NCBI GenBank assembly: GCA_049999805.1
Contig: JBNGIO010006327.1
Location: 411,689 to 452,796, forward strand
Source of the DNA: Folioceros fuciformis
Taxonomy: Eukaryota
Reading direction: 5' to 3'
Length of the DNA stretch: 41,108 nt
Shown here: positions 11,627 through 24,050 of the stretch, in pieces
How positions within the stretch are numbered: position 1 is the first letter of the stretch
Layout of the letters: every line of letters begins with the position of its first letter
The notes under the pieces: model-generated
What the model was told of the DNA's origin: nothing
Seen by the model: the letters and a program-made list of their open reading frames with translations, nothing else
Database searches by the model: none
Translations under genes and position numbers: made by a program

Positions 11627-12467
11627 ATCTGCAGACGCCCGAGGTCATCCGGCAAGGCAAGGCAAGGTTATTACGAACAAGGACTGGTGGCAGCAGTGGC
11701 ATTCGCTACCGGTGACTGCTGCCGCTGAAGGGGTCAGGGCAAGGGTTGGACAGGGACGGAGAAGGACACGTTGAAGCACCGGGGGAGGATCTGCTTAGGG
11801 TTTATCAACATTCAATCGAGAGTTGAGCGGATGGAATAAGATATCATCCCGGATGACGGCATTTATTGATGCGGAGTTCAGCCGCAAGAATGAAGAGATC
11901 GGACATCCGATTGCATTCCCGTTGCGCACGTCTGCCCGTCTCCCTCATCGGATCGCAGTTCGGCAAGTCCCGCGAACTTGTGTCAGCACACGCCCTTGTC
12001 TCTAGCTCCGCAGCTGCAGTGGCAGCAGCCGAAGTGCACGTTCTCTGCACATTCCTTGTGCGGCAGGACTAAGCAACACTTGTCCGCGGCGGCCCGGGTG
12101 ACTCGTCCACACACTCGGTTGGCCGGTCGGAGTGTCTACAGGTGTAGCAGAAGGCCCCTCATTTAGGTCTTGGAGAAATTACATAAGGACGCTCACGACC
12201 TAAGCGCATACCGGTAGTTAATGAGAGCCTTAGATGGTGGTATGGCAGCTGCGTTGTCTCTTTCCTCCCCGTTGCAAAATCGATCATTTAGCATCCGGAA
12301 AATCCAGAAGTGGGTATTAAATAGGTGTATTATAGGCGAGGTTTACCACAATATATTTGGATATATAGTCGCTTTCAGCGATTGCATACCGTAGCGGGAG
12401 TCCTAGAGTTTCTTTTGGTAGCGGGTGCATCCCGCCACTTGCAACGCGGCAGGACTGGTTGTGGAAA

Positions 12468-14446
12468 ATGGCGCATAGGCTGCTGCGGGACCTGGAGGCT
12501 GATGGATGGGAGCGATCTGACTTCCCCATCATCTGCGAGTCTTGCTTGGGGGACAATCCCTATGTCCGCATGGTATGGTTTTCGCTGCTTTCCCCCTGTC
12601 TTTCAGCCGCTTTTAGGGTTTCGCGGTGTAGAGTGGTGCTCCAGCTTGAGTGCAGCTTGGTTTGAGCTGGCTGCTTGCGGAGAATGTGCGGTGGCAAAAA
12701 GAATTTGATTGCGTCGCCTTGTACTGAGGATTTCTGTGCCGTGGGGATTTGGGTGCAGACCAAGGCAAATTTTGATAAGGAATGTAAAATATGTACCAGG
12801 CCTTTCACTGTCTTCCGGTGGAGGCCGGGGCGGGATGCAAGGTACAAGAAATCAGAGGTCTGCCAGACGTGCAGCAAACTGAAGAACGTTTGTCAAGTTT
12901 GTCTACTGGATTTGGAGTATGGGCTGCCAGTGCAAGTTCGTGACACAGCTCTGGGGATTAACACGAGCGATGCTATAGCGAAAAGCGATGTGAATCGGGA
13001 GTATTTTGCTGAGGAGCAGGACCGGAAGGTAGGGCATCTGAGAGACTACTTTTCCCTGGCTGGGCCGAGTGGATGTGGTGCTTGGTTTATTGTCATCGGC
13101 CTTTGAGGGGTTTGGCAATTACCCTGGCTTGTGGTTGTGAGACCTGACTCTCGGTACTCCTGTGTCTATCGTCACTGCAGGCTAGAGCAGGGCTTGATTA
13201 CGAATCATCGTTCGGCAAAGCACGACCGAATGATACCATTTTGAAACTTCAGCGCACGACTCCCTATTACAAGAGAAACCGCGCTCACATTTGTAGCTTT
13301 TTTGTGCGGGGGGAATGCACCCGTGGAGCTGAATGCCCTTATCGACATGAAATGCCGATAGTTGGGGAACTCTCTCAGCAAAACATCAAAGATCGCTACT
13401 ACGGGTATGTGCTTGTAGCTTTCTCTTTGGTCCGAAGGGTTACGTCCTTGCTCAGTTCTGATGCGTTCTTGTAATGTGCAACCGACAGTGTGAACGATCC
13501 TGTTGCTGCCAAGCTTTTGAGGAAGGCAGGAGAAATGCCATCCCTTGTCCCTCCTGACGATGAGAATATCAGGACTCTCTACGTTGGTGGCCTCGATCAA
13601 CGGATATCAGAAGAGGATTTAAAGGACCAGTTTTATGGCTATGGCGAGGTGGAATCAATAAGGCTTGTGGCTCAACGGGCTTGTGCATTCATCTCCTATA
13701 CGACCAGGGAAGGGGCAGAGAAGGCTGCAGAGAATCTGGCGAATAAGCTTGTTATCAAGGGGTTAAGGTTGAAGCTCATGTGGGGAAAGCCACAGGTACC
13801 GAAGCAGGAAAGCGAGGGCGGAAGTGCAGAGGGCCTGGAGGATGGTAAATCGGCAGGAGGTGCTATCGCTCATGGTGGGATGCTTCCACGGTCTGTGCTC
13901 TCCCAGCAACAGCAGATGCCACCACTGCATGGTCCAGACCAGCCTCCTCCTTTGAATTACTTCAATATTCCCCCTCCCCCGCCTCCCTCAGAACGTCCAT
14001 TCTACCCATCTATGGACCCTCAGAGGATGGGTGCCATCGCTCCTAGCCAGGAAGCGTCAACCACCTCCAGTCAACCGGGAGCCTCGGGTGATGGTCCAAA
14101 CAACGGTCAACCTCAGTATGGACCGCCGCCTCCTTTTGCATNNNNNNNNNNNNNNNNNNNNNNNNNNNNNNNNNNNNNNNNNNNNNNNNNNNNNNNNNNN
14201 NNNNNNNNNNNNNNNNNNNNNNNNNNNNNNNNNNNNNNNNNTCCAAACAACGGTCAACCTCAGTATGGACCGCCGCCTCCTTTTGCATACCCTCCGCCCC
14301 CACCATTTCAACAACAGCAATTTAGACCTTTTCAGAATGGGCCACCTCCTTATCCGCAGTACCCCCCTTATCCACCTGGGCCTCCTGGTCCACCTGGTGC
14401 TCCCGGGACTGCTTTGCAGCCGCAGTTTTATCACCCTCAGTATTAG
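12468..14446 (+). CDS. MAC5: Pre-mRNA splicing factor RBM22/Slt11 (plant MAC5; Torus-CCCH-RRM, Pro-rich tail), 4 exons
   Basis: Exons ~12468-12572 ([35 protein letters not shown]), 12759-13028 ([36 protein letters not shown]), 13181-13404 ([26 protein letters not shown]), 13489-14446 (RRM TLYVGGL..CAFISY). Confidence 0.96.
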
Positions 14447-14749
14447 CAGTCTTGTTTTCAGAAAGAGCCCTCAGACTTCCATCGTATGTAAGCTCTCAGC
14501 AGCTGGTGTAAAATTAACAATGAAGTCAGCAATTCGTGTCATCGGGGTTTGTTTCATGTCTACTTTCGTCTGCTGTTTCACAGTTCAAAGTGGTCGTCGG
14601 TGCTATTGATTCCTTTACCCTGAGTGGGCAATGACACCGAACCAGAGCCAAATTGTCACCAACCAGTTTTGGGCAATGCCATAGAATAATGTTGAATGCA
14701 GCAAGCGGTGCACTCACTGCGAAAGGTATGATACATGCGTCCTGCAAGT

Positions 14750-17700
14750 CTACTGTGCACTTAGAGTCTGCCATTCTCGAATTGCCGAGCGGATAGCGTG
14801 ATTCGGAGTTAAGCTCCTGTGTGCCAGTTTGAGGTTAGTCATTGGAGACGTGTCATGTGCTTCCAGCCACAGCGTGATTGCTTCACAGTCATACGTGTGC
14901 CCATCTGCTGCAATTACCGGCTCGTGCATCACCTCCTGCACAGTCCAAAAGGTCTCCCGTCAGTATCATGGCATGTGCTGCGAGTGGTTCATACTTCACA
15001 AAATTGAAAGACGAAATACCTGCAGAATGGGGCACAGGAAGATGGTGGGCACTATGCTGATGCTTCCTTCTCTTGATAATGTCGGAAGTTTGCTAGTGTT
15101 GTTGGTGACGAAGTCTTCAGCCAGCTGACGACAATGTGTCAGGAAAGGGAGCACCCCAGTGTCTAGTTCGGGTCGTTTTTTCCTCTTCATTTCAGCACAT
15201 TGCAGAGCTAGACGAGCCATCTTCAGTGCCTCCTCCAAAGGCCACTTACCTGCAGAGCTATCAAGCATTTCCTCGAATTCGCCCATCTCTATTGCAACTT
15301 CAGCTGCCTCCGTTATGCCAACAGCCTGTCTGCCAGTCAACAACTGAAGCAGAACCATTCCCAGCGCGTAGACATCAGACTTGGGCCCAAAGGAGCCTGT
15401 GCGCTGATACTCGGGGTCAATATAAGCAAATGTTCCAACTGGCGTGGTATCCCTGTGAAAGACTGAGTTGTACCCTCTGCCCACGGAAGAGCAAGGAACA
15501 AGTTTTGCAAGACCTACGTCCCCAACCTTACTCACAAAGTTCCCATCCAGTAATATGTTGGCAGGCTTCAGATCCCGGTGAACAATGGGCACAGGCTTCG
15601 AGCTGTGGAGAAACAGCAGAGCGGTTGCCACTTCAGCTGCGATCTGAAACCGGGTGTGCCAAGGCAGCGCTGTACTTCCATCATCATTCAGAAGACAATC
15701 CTCTAGACTGCCATTTGCCATGTACTCGTACACCAAGCATCCTTTGTCAGGACAGCAGCCCAGTAACATAACCATGTGCGGGTGATGTATTCGACGGAGG
15801 AGTTCCACCTGTTTATGAGCATGTTACAAAGGTGGGCGACAAGTTTAGACTCTGCAAAACATATCTAGTTTTAGATAACGCACAACATGTTGCACAACAA
15901 ACACAAAAGTGCTCACCTCACGTTGAAATTCCTGAGACCCCTGAAGTCCGCCAGGATTAAGAACTTTGATGGCCACAGTTGTATGATGGATTTTCCCCTT
16001 GTACACCACACCATACCCACCTTCCCCGATCACAAAGTCTTTGGAGAACCCATTGGTTGCTGTGCTCAGCTCATCATATGTGTACTCTCGATAGTGTTGG
16101 TGAGCTCTCAACAACTCTGTGACATGCTTCCTTGCCTCTATTTCCTTCAAAGCTTTTGCTTCAGCATCTTCCCGCCGACGCACTTCTTCTTCAACCGCGC
16201 GCTGTGCCGCCCTTGCAGCAGCAACAGCCTCGTCACGTTTCCTAGCCTCCTCTTCTGCCCTTTCTTTAGCCAGCATAGCATCTCTGACAGCAGCTTGGCG
16301 CAACATTACTTCCTGCTCCCGAAGAGTTGCCCATTGGTGCTCCTGGTGACAAAAAAGTGTCAGGGCCCTTTGTGCATTGATAAGTTTACAGTCAACTGAT
16401 ACAGACAGTTCCTATTCTCTCAACGCACCTTTTGGCGGGCTAGAGCAGCAGCTGCAAATGCTTCATTGCAACGGTGGCTTTGGATCTCTGCATCCTTTTG
16501 TGCTTCACATACAGCAGCCTTTGCTCTTGCGAGCTGTAATTTCAGATCCTCCACCTCTAAAAAATAGCCCTGGGTGTCCACAGGTAGCCTGTCATTTGAA
16601 GGCCACTACATGCAGTCCAGCGTATGCAATAAGGAACAGATCCTCCTTACAACAACAGTTCAGCATCTCACAAATCTACTGTTTGTGAAGTACAGCACAC
16701 CATACCTCGCTCTCGTGTTGTTTGGGCAGGCAACTTGTGTTAGACATATGACAGTCTTGAACATTGAAGGTAAAACCGACCAGGTTGGCCACCTTAAACC
16801 CATCTTCTCCTGCAAACAGACCCTCAGTAGCAGGTCGGATCTCTGCTACTGAATCGTCATGAGCAATTAAACCGCTCTTCAAGCCTGCTGGATGCTGTTG
16901 GACCATCACGCATTCCCCAGCCACAGCTGGCTCAGCAACTTCTGGGCTCGAATACAAACAAATAGCAAGAGAGTCAGCCTCAGAGGACTCTGAATCTGTT
17001 CGTCTTTTGGGAGTGGCCGCCGCCCTCTTTGTGTGCTGACCTGTATTCTGCACCACTACTTCTCTGCTCTGGATAGCTCTCATGGTAGAGTTACCTGCCA
17101 CGATGGCACCCCTGGTGACCCCAGACAATTGTAGCGGCTGAGTCTGGGTGGGTGCTGATTGTGTCCTTGAAGGCTCATAGAATGGCGACAGGAATAGTTG
17201 ACTGCCATGAGGCCCAAGAAAAGAGTGTTGACCAGGAATCTTATGGAGACCACCCAAAGAAGAGAGAGAGACTGCTGGACTTGAGAAAAACTGGCCATGA
17301 CTTAAGGGCTCTGGCAGATATGTCTGAGCACGACCAACTACAGAGGGCAAATTTTTACGTGGTGCAGTAACCGTTTGAGACAATGATGCGACCTGTAGTG
17401 GACAATGTTGCTCATCAAAACTCCCCCCTGCATAGCAATGGCCCAGGTGAGAAATACAAATATAGATACTTCAATGATGATGCCATAACCAAGCATCAGT
17501 AGGTCATACCTGTTGAATGAATAGAAGAAGACACAGAAGGGCGACTGGAACTGATAGCTTCATCCGTGCTTGATGTGGAGTCTGGTGATGATGGAAAGAC
17601 AGGCGAGCCATCAGCCTCCCTGACAGCAATAAGTCTCCCCTTGGTCACAACAAGCACTGCGCAAAATCTTGGAGCGTTCTTTGCCACATAGGCAGCAACA

Positions 17701-19040
17701 CCGGACCCCCTTAACTTCCTAAAAGCTTCAACAGGTGTCCTGAGAGAATTTTTATTGTCAAACAAACGATCTCTCACACAAAAAGCGCATTATTGCAAAA
17801 CACGCACCATAGTTACCACAATCAAGATCTTAAAAGAACTCAAAAGTGCTGTAACACCTTGTTCTACTTCTCACCGAGCAAGGATGTTGCGGGAAGACCC
17901 AATAATGAGTTTACTGATCCCGAGCCTTGATACTTCGCGCACGAGGGCCTTTTGCACTGAATCGCTCTCCACTATAACAAAGTCCACGTCCACCTGGATA
18001 GTGCATCATTTGGAACATAGCAGAACACATAATCATTTAATGCGTCGTGCACATAGATCAGGCGTTGAAAAGCTTTTCCAGCAACAAATGTCTAAACCCG
18101 TTTGTCATGACACAAAGACGAACTGATTAAGCTGTCCCTACCTTGTGCATGTCACATATCCACTGGTGGTCTAGCAGGAGTTCCACAGTCTTGGACTTCG
18201 CATCTCTTATATAGGCAGCTGCTATTTCACTGCTGACTTGTTCAACCGGCACAAAATTTCCCACTGCAGATGACGGACAATTCCATATTAAAGCCCTTTG
18301 CTCCAGCAACTTTGATTCGGACATCAAGGGCAGTGTAGTTGTTCAGACATGAAGGAGGTCAGGAGAAAACGATAACAGGCACAGACTCGATGCAGTGTGT
18401 TTTACCAGAGACACAAAATTGTTGTACATGACTTGATGATTTCATAAGAGGAAAATTACAACCAGTACCTGAACACGGTACTTGCATGGTCCTAACAGCT
18501 AAACAAGCCCAGCTCTCTGTACAACACCTTTTGAAATGGCGTGAAATCAGCAGGGACAAAGAGGGGTGATGAAGACGTACAGGGTGTTGGAATGAGCCTG
18601 ATCGGCGGCCGGACATGGACAAGAGTGATGCAACCTCCTTTCGGAATGAAGTTCACAATGGCCCATCTCAGGGCCTCCTTGTTCGCTTCATCCTTGCTCA
18701 CTGCAACAACTATCTTCTCGGCTCCTGGGCCACTGACATCGGGTTCCTGCGAGGCAAAAGCCTTGGGCGCCCCCATTCCAGCCAATTCTGCTCCATCCGC
18801 CTGAGTCTCCACATCACTCCTGATGTCGGATGCCTTTCCACTCTCATCACTTTCTTCCAACAACCCGAGATCCAACGAATGGTGTCCCGCATACCCCTTG
18901 TGCCTCGAATTCCCACCCCACCTCCACCTACTCGGACCAACTGCATCTTCACTATGATCTACCTTGGCCTTCCCTAGCTTTTTCCAACTGACCATGACCC
19001 TGTCGACAAAATTCCCTGTCTTTGTTTCTGCAGAGGGCAT
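14750..19040 (-). CDS. U-box protein kinase (USP-like N-terminal domain + coiled coil + Ser/Thr kinase + U-box; plant PUB kinase class), ~9 coding exons
   Basis: Exons 19040-18581 (KIVVAVSKDEANKEALRWA..TLVHV), 18263-18142, 17993-17875, 17718-17510, 17427-~16706, 16605-16428, 16343-15917 (GEGGYGVVYKG, VAIKVL), 15808-15020 (HRDLKPANILL, DVGLAK, GTFAYIDPEY), 14935-14750 (U-box: FLCPILQEVMHEPVIAADGHTY..SPMTN..PNHAIRSAI). An in-frame TAA upstream of ATG 19040 supports the start. Confidence 0.93.
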
Positions 19041-19323
19041 CTCATCCTCCCGTACTAGCTCACGCGTTTATCCCTTAAAACGCTTGAGCCTCGTCAGAAG
19101 TCCGTGCCCAGAACTGCGCCCATCAGAGACTCCCTTAGTATCTATCGCACATGCTGCAAGTGTGACTGCTACAGATCTGAGATGGGGCAAATAGAAACAA
19201 AGGCAAGAGAAGCTCATCTTACCTTGAGGTAGGGGGAATGACAGTACGCGTCACCAGCTCCAACCGAACCGGCACTTCCAACCATCCGATTTTCCAGTAG
19301 GGAGCATGCTGCATCAACATTGG

Positions 19324-19536
19324 CTATTGCACGACAGTGTAGAAGAAGTTGAAAATGGCCTCGTGCAGCTCGGTGAGAAACTCGGAAAGCACGAGGGAAA
19401 CCTGGACGACGAAGCTACCCACCGGGGAGATGGGAAGTGTGGTATACATAAAGTAGGCAAGCTTGGTAGGCATGGAGAGCCACACCCAGGGATTGTCAGC
19501 GTTGAGCAACGGGGATCTCCATGGCAGCTGATCCAT
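19324..19536 (-). CDS. Putative 70-aa small hydrophobic protein / uORF, unknown function
   Basis: ATG 19536 with G at +4. Many C-ending codons (TTC, GTC, CTC, ACC, GCC, TAC), as in neighbouring genes. No family recognised. Confidence 0.4.
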   Translation of the reverse strand: MDQLPWRSPLLNADNPWVWLSMPTKLAYFMYTTLPISPVGSFVVQVSLVLSEFLTELHEAIFNFFYTVVQ

Positions 19537-22332
19537 GAACGATCCGAGCAGAGAGATCCCGCATCCGTTAATCAAGCCCCGGCGACCTCACAAGACCCCC
19601 GATCAGCAAACCGTAGGATCTACCACCNNNNNNNNNNNNNNNNNNNNNNNNNNNNNNNNNNNNNNNNNNNNNNNNNNNNNNNNNNNNNNNNNNNNNNNNN
19701 NNNNNNNNNNNNNNNNNNNNNNNNNNNCCTGCGGCACACATTCCCCGACGATCTCCATGGCTGGGCAGCGCCAACACGCGGGCCACGGCAATTCAAACCC
19801 AACACCCACTCTTCCCCCCGGATCAAGACGTTTGCACGGCTGTCTACCGAAAATTTCAGAAACCAACAACAAATTTAAAACCAAGGTTGAAAAAAAAAAG
19901 GCGCTCTCGCAGTAGGCAGAGTCTGGAAATTGGGCAAACCCGATCCAGACAAACCAGAAACATTTCTCTTCTATGTTTCTTTCTGCACTTCGTTGCGGAA
20001 TGAAGATCTACGACCTGCCATGCGCTGGGGGAGTGAGCAATTTTGGGGGGCGTCGGCTGCGGCAGCTCTGGCTCTGGACTGCGGCAAATGACAGACTGGA
20101 GAAGCCGCCAGGCCAGGCCAGGCAGGCGCGGCAAGCGCAGGCTGCACGAAGCGAAAGCTCGAAGATTGGGATCTGTGCGTTTAAGGTGATGGGTGAGGGC
20201 AGGAAAGAGAAGGAAGGGAAGGAGGATGGCGAGCCGACAGCAACAGTCTCCACGTTTTGTTATGGCCGAGATTCGCGAGCCCCAAAACTGGTTTGCAGGC
20301 AACGACACGTTGCGGCGTCGTGAACTTGTGCCTCCAAATCCGCCGGTGCCTCCAAACCTGCACCATCGATCATGCAACTATTCTAAGTTATCCTGCCCAG
20401 TTTAGAATGTTGTTCCACCTTCTTGCTGGATATGGTTTGATTAATCATGCTCCAACATGGCTGCCTCACCCCTTGCCTTTCTGCATCGTACAGCGCTTAG
20501 CATCCTGCTTTGGGTTTTGGGTTGATCTGCACACGCCTTATAAGCCTGCCGAGCCCAACACAGATATCCGGTAACACAGCTCCACCATCAGAGCTGCCCA
20601 TGCACATCCTGCCTGGAGTGGCATGGCTTCTGTTTCGGATGATGTGCCCTGTGTGTTAACGTCCATCACGCGGCGCTTGACGTGTGTCCGTCCTAAAACC
20701 TGATGTCAGAGGCTTGCCATTTTGCTACCAGCTTTTAAGGAACGGATGTGGTGGGCCACCATGGCTCCTTCCGACGTGCTTCGCTTGATGCTTTTCAGAT
20801 TCTTCCGCAATTCTCCGTTGATGAGAGCGTTTGGGGAAGGAACGATCCTATCCCAAGAAACGCAACGCGCGTTGCAAGATCTGGGACCGCCAGATCTGTG
20901 ACAAGGAAAGAGGCCGCTCTACAGTGTTTCTACTGCTTTGTAATGCACTTCATCCTAAAGTTCAAGTACCATGGCCAGAATACACTTGGCCACCCAGCTA
21001 CCTACCAGCATTGGGGACGACACACACATGGTTAAACCCACTACCTGCAGCCCGGCCTCTCGGATCAAAACTGGGCTAGATGTGCTGTTGTTGCTGTTTC
21101 TCTGGCTGTAGCTGTCAAAACAGGAATGAACTCCGATGCAAGGAGCGATACCTCCAGACTCGTTCCAGCTTCAGACTGGGTGATGCATATCCCGTCAGCA
21201 GTCACTTGCCGGCGATGGATGTGGGTTGGTATGGGTTGCTTCCCAACTGGCCCAATTCTCTACCAGAAATATCCCACAGACGGACAGCTCAGAGTCAGTA
21301 CCGAAGCCGAAGTGTTACCAAGTGCGATTGTGTGATGTGGAACACGCTGTTGCCATCGTAACGTTCCGGCATGGGCCACCTACCCTTGCAAGGCGTCAGT
21401 GCTCACAGAGTTGCTGGATACATGAAGATGCTGGTGAACACCATGCCGCTGGCACGCAAGTCGCATGCATCACAATGGCGAAGGGAGGGTCAATAGTGGA
21501 GCAAGCACAGAACATGACCGGTTACCCTTACGCCTACCCGGCCTGCCCTCTTGAATGCATCTCGCCACCTCGCAATGTACGGCATACCAAAAAAGTACAT
21601 AGACCGACCACCCTTTTTTCTGAAGGGGAGAAACGTCACTGCTTTTGTCATACACTACCCCACCCTGGTTTAAACACTGCTCTGCAAACCACTTCGCGCG
21701 GACTATTACATACCAAAGAGGAGGGATGCTTTTTTTTTTAATATTCTCTCCAAGGGTATATGGAAGTATATACCCTTATGGTCGCTATCCGTTACTGCCC
21801 CATAGGGGCCAGTGACACTAAAACGTGTTGCCAAACCAAGGGTGTCAGCCTCAACGACCTTTCACAATGCAAACGACACCGAGCGCGGGACTGCGCAGTC
21901 CGTTTTGGCCTTTCCCGAGTTAGGAAAACTGTAGAACACTGTGGCTCACGGCGCCGTTCGACGCGAACGGCGGTATGAAGGAAACTGTGGCCGCAGTTCA
22001 GTGTCAGCGGGTAGGACGGGCTGGGTCGGCACATGAAACGGGCTAGGTCCAAAGTTGGTGATCTTTGTTAATAAATTAATTATTAATTGATTAACTATAT
22101 AGNNNNNNNNNNNNNNNNNNNNNNNNNNNNNNNNNNNNNNNNNNNNNNNNNNNNNNNNNNNNNNNNNNNNNNNNNNNNNNNNNNNNNNNNNNNNNNNNNN
22201 NNGATAATGACTTGTCGTCGACTTCTATTTTCATTATAGTTTTCTTATTTGCCATGAGTGGCGTTTTGGCAGAGTTATCATCCAAGAAGCAGAAGAGAGA
22301 ATGGTCAAAGTTTCCTTGGCACGTTATGGAGA

Positions 22333-22566
22333 GATATTCACATGTGGCATAGTAATGGAGTTAAGGTGCGAGATGGTCAATGGCGATATTCACATGTGGC
22401 ATAATAATGGAGTTAAGGCATGTGGCATAATAATGGAGTTAAGGTGCGAGATGCTCAATGGCGATATTCACATGTGGCATAGTAATGGAGTTAAGGTGCG
22501 GGATACTCAATGGCGATATTCACATGTGGCATAGTAATGGAGTTAAGGTGCGGGATGCTCAATGGC
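22333..22566. repeat. Minisatellite, ~4.5 x 52 bp (GATATTCACATGTGGCATAGTAATGGAGTTAAGGTGCGAGATGCTCAATGGC)
   Basis: Directly visible tandem units, one of them truncated. Confidence 0.93.
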
Positions 22567-22629
22567 AATTTGCTTCTAAAATGTGATATACTAACTTTCT
22601 GGCATAACTTTCTTCAACTCCACCATGCA

Positions 22630-23361
22630 CTTGCTATGGTCCTCCATCAACTTGTTAGGAGGTTGCCACCTCATATTTTTGCAGATATGCATGGCGTAGG
22701 AGCTTGAACTATGGGTCAATACACCATTATGATTTCAGAGATGTTCAACAATAAGAAAAAGTTATTTTCCAGATTGCTTCATTGGCCTACACGAGGGAAC
22801 TAGAGCTAACAACCTCAAAGTTCAAGCAACTCATAGTACTACCCAATATGGTTGGAGCTACATATGGTTCTCATATCAAGTTGGTAATACAGCCTAATAG
22901 GATAGATAACCCATTTGCCCTAATAGGATAGATAACCCATTTGCATACTGGTGTCATCATGATATTCACTCTGTTGTACTACAAGGTGTATGTGATGCTA
23001 ACAAAAAATTCATCAATTTATGTTGCATTCATCCTGGTGGAGTTTACGATGCTTAATTCTTAGGGAGAGAAGCATATGGGAGAATATGCTTAATTCTCAG
23101 GGAGAGAAGCATATGGGAGAAGATGAAGACATGCGTTATTTTAAGAGACCATACTTTACATATCAATGATGTTGAAATAACTCAATATCTCTTAGGTGAT
23201 AGTACTAAAAACCATTTCAATGGGTCCTTGGAAAGGGGCACAGTGAAAGTGGAGAATGCCTTGTTAAAAAATAATAGGCATATTCTAAAGAATCTTAATT
23301 TTCATTTGAAACATGTCCTATACGTCATCATCGGTTGTTGCGCACTTCATAATTTATTCTA
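22630..23361 (+). pseudogene. Degenerate PIF/Harbinger (HARBI1/DDE_Tnp_4-type) transposase
   Basis: Fragments across frames: LAMVLHQL, LPNMVGATYGSHIKL, HSVVLQGVCDANKKF..HPGGVYDA, YLLGD, FNGSLERG..VENA..LKN..ILK, IGCCALHNL. This is the canonical Harbinger motif order, broken by stops, frameshifts and micro-duplications. Confidence 0.85.
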
Positions 23362-24050
23362 AACAAGTTGGAGAGTTAGAAGCACAACAATATGATGAAG
23401 ACCATTTCCACTACACGAAGCTGAGTGTAACAATACTTGGGAAGCTCATGTAGAGCATAGGATGCACAACAGAGCAGTGATGAAACATAATAAGTTGTTT
23501 GAGTATTGGAAAAAGGGCCGGAGATGTTTGAAGTTTTGTGGAAGCAAAGTTGTTTGTAGCATATAGACATACATTTAGAGGCTTCAATATATGCCTTTGA
23601 AATTGCTATGGAAATTTTCTAATTGAAATTGTTACGAAAATTGTTGCATTGCAACTGAAATAAGAGCACACATAAAACACATGGACCTGCAAGCTACTGC
23701 TAGATGCACACATTCTTGACTTGCAACATACCACAGAATTCCACTACCTACCAATTAACTTGCCACACCACAAGCACACGTCGAGAACATGCTATATGTT
23801 TGAGTGGCAAGAATTGTGTGCGCTTATGTCTCCTGACGGTACACACTTTCAATAGGTCACCGAAAGGCATGCTACTTTCTTAAAGGGAGTCTTCTTGCCA
23901 AGATAGCAACCTTCCTACATTGTACGGAGCCTCTTGCCTTCTTGTTAGGCATGCAACCTGCTTGCCTTTTTTGATGGGCAAGCAACCTTGCATGGAGCCT
24001 TCCTTCCTTGTCTAGAGTCTTGCCCTTCTTCCTTCTAAGTCTGTCACATC

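Noticed and set aside
14095..14288. Duplicated [15 protein letters not shown] peptide in MAC5
   Set aside because: An exact 47-bp duplicate flanking an N gap; assembly overlap rather than a real repeat.
15500..15530. DVG instead of DFG in the kinase as a sign of a pseudokinase
   Set aside because: DVG is normal in this PUB-kinase subfamily, and VAIK and HRD are intact.
19900..21740. Many short ORFs between the kinase leader and the TE island
   Set aside because: No motif, codon bias or coherent splice model found; left unannotated.
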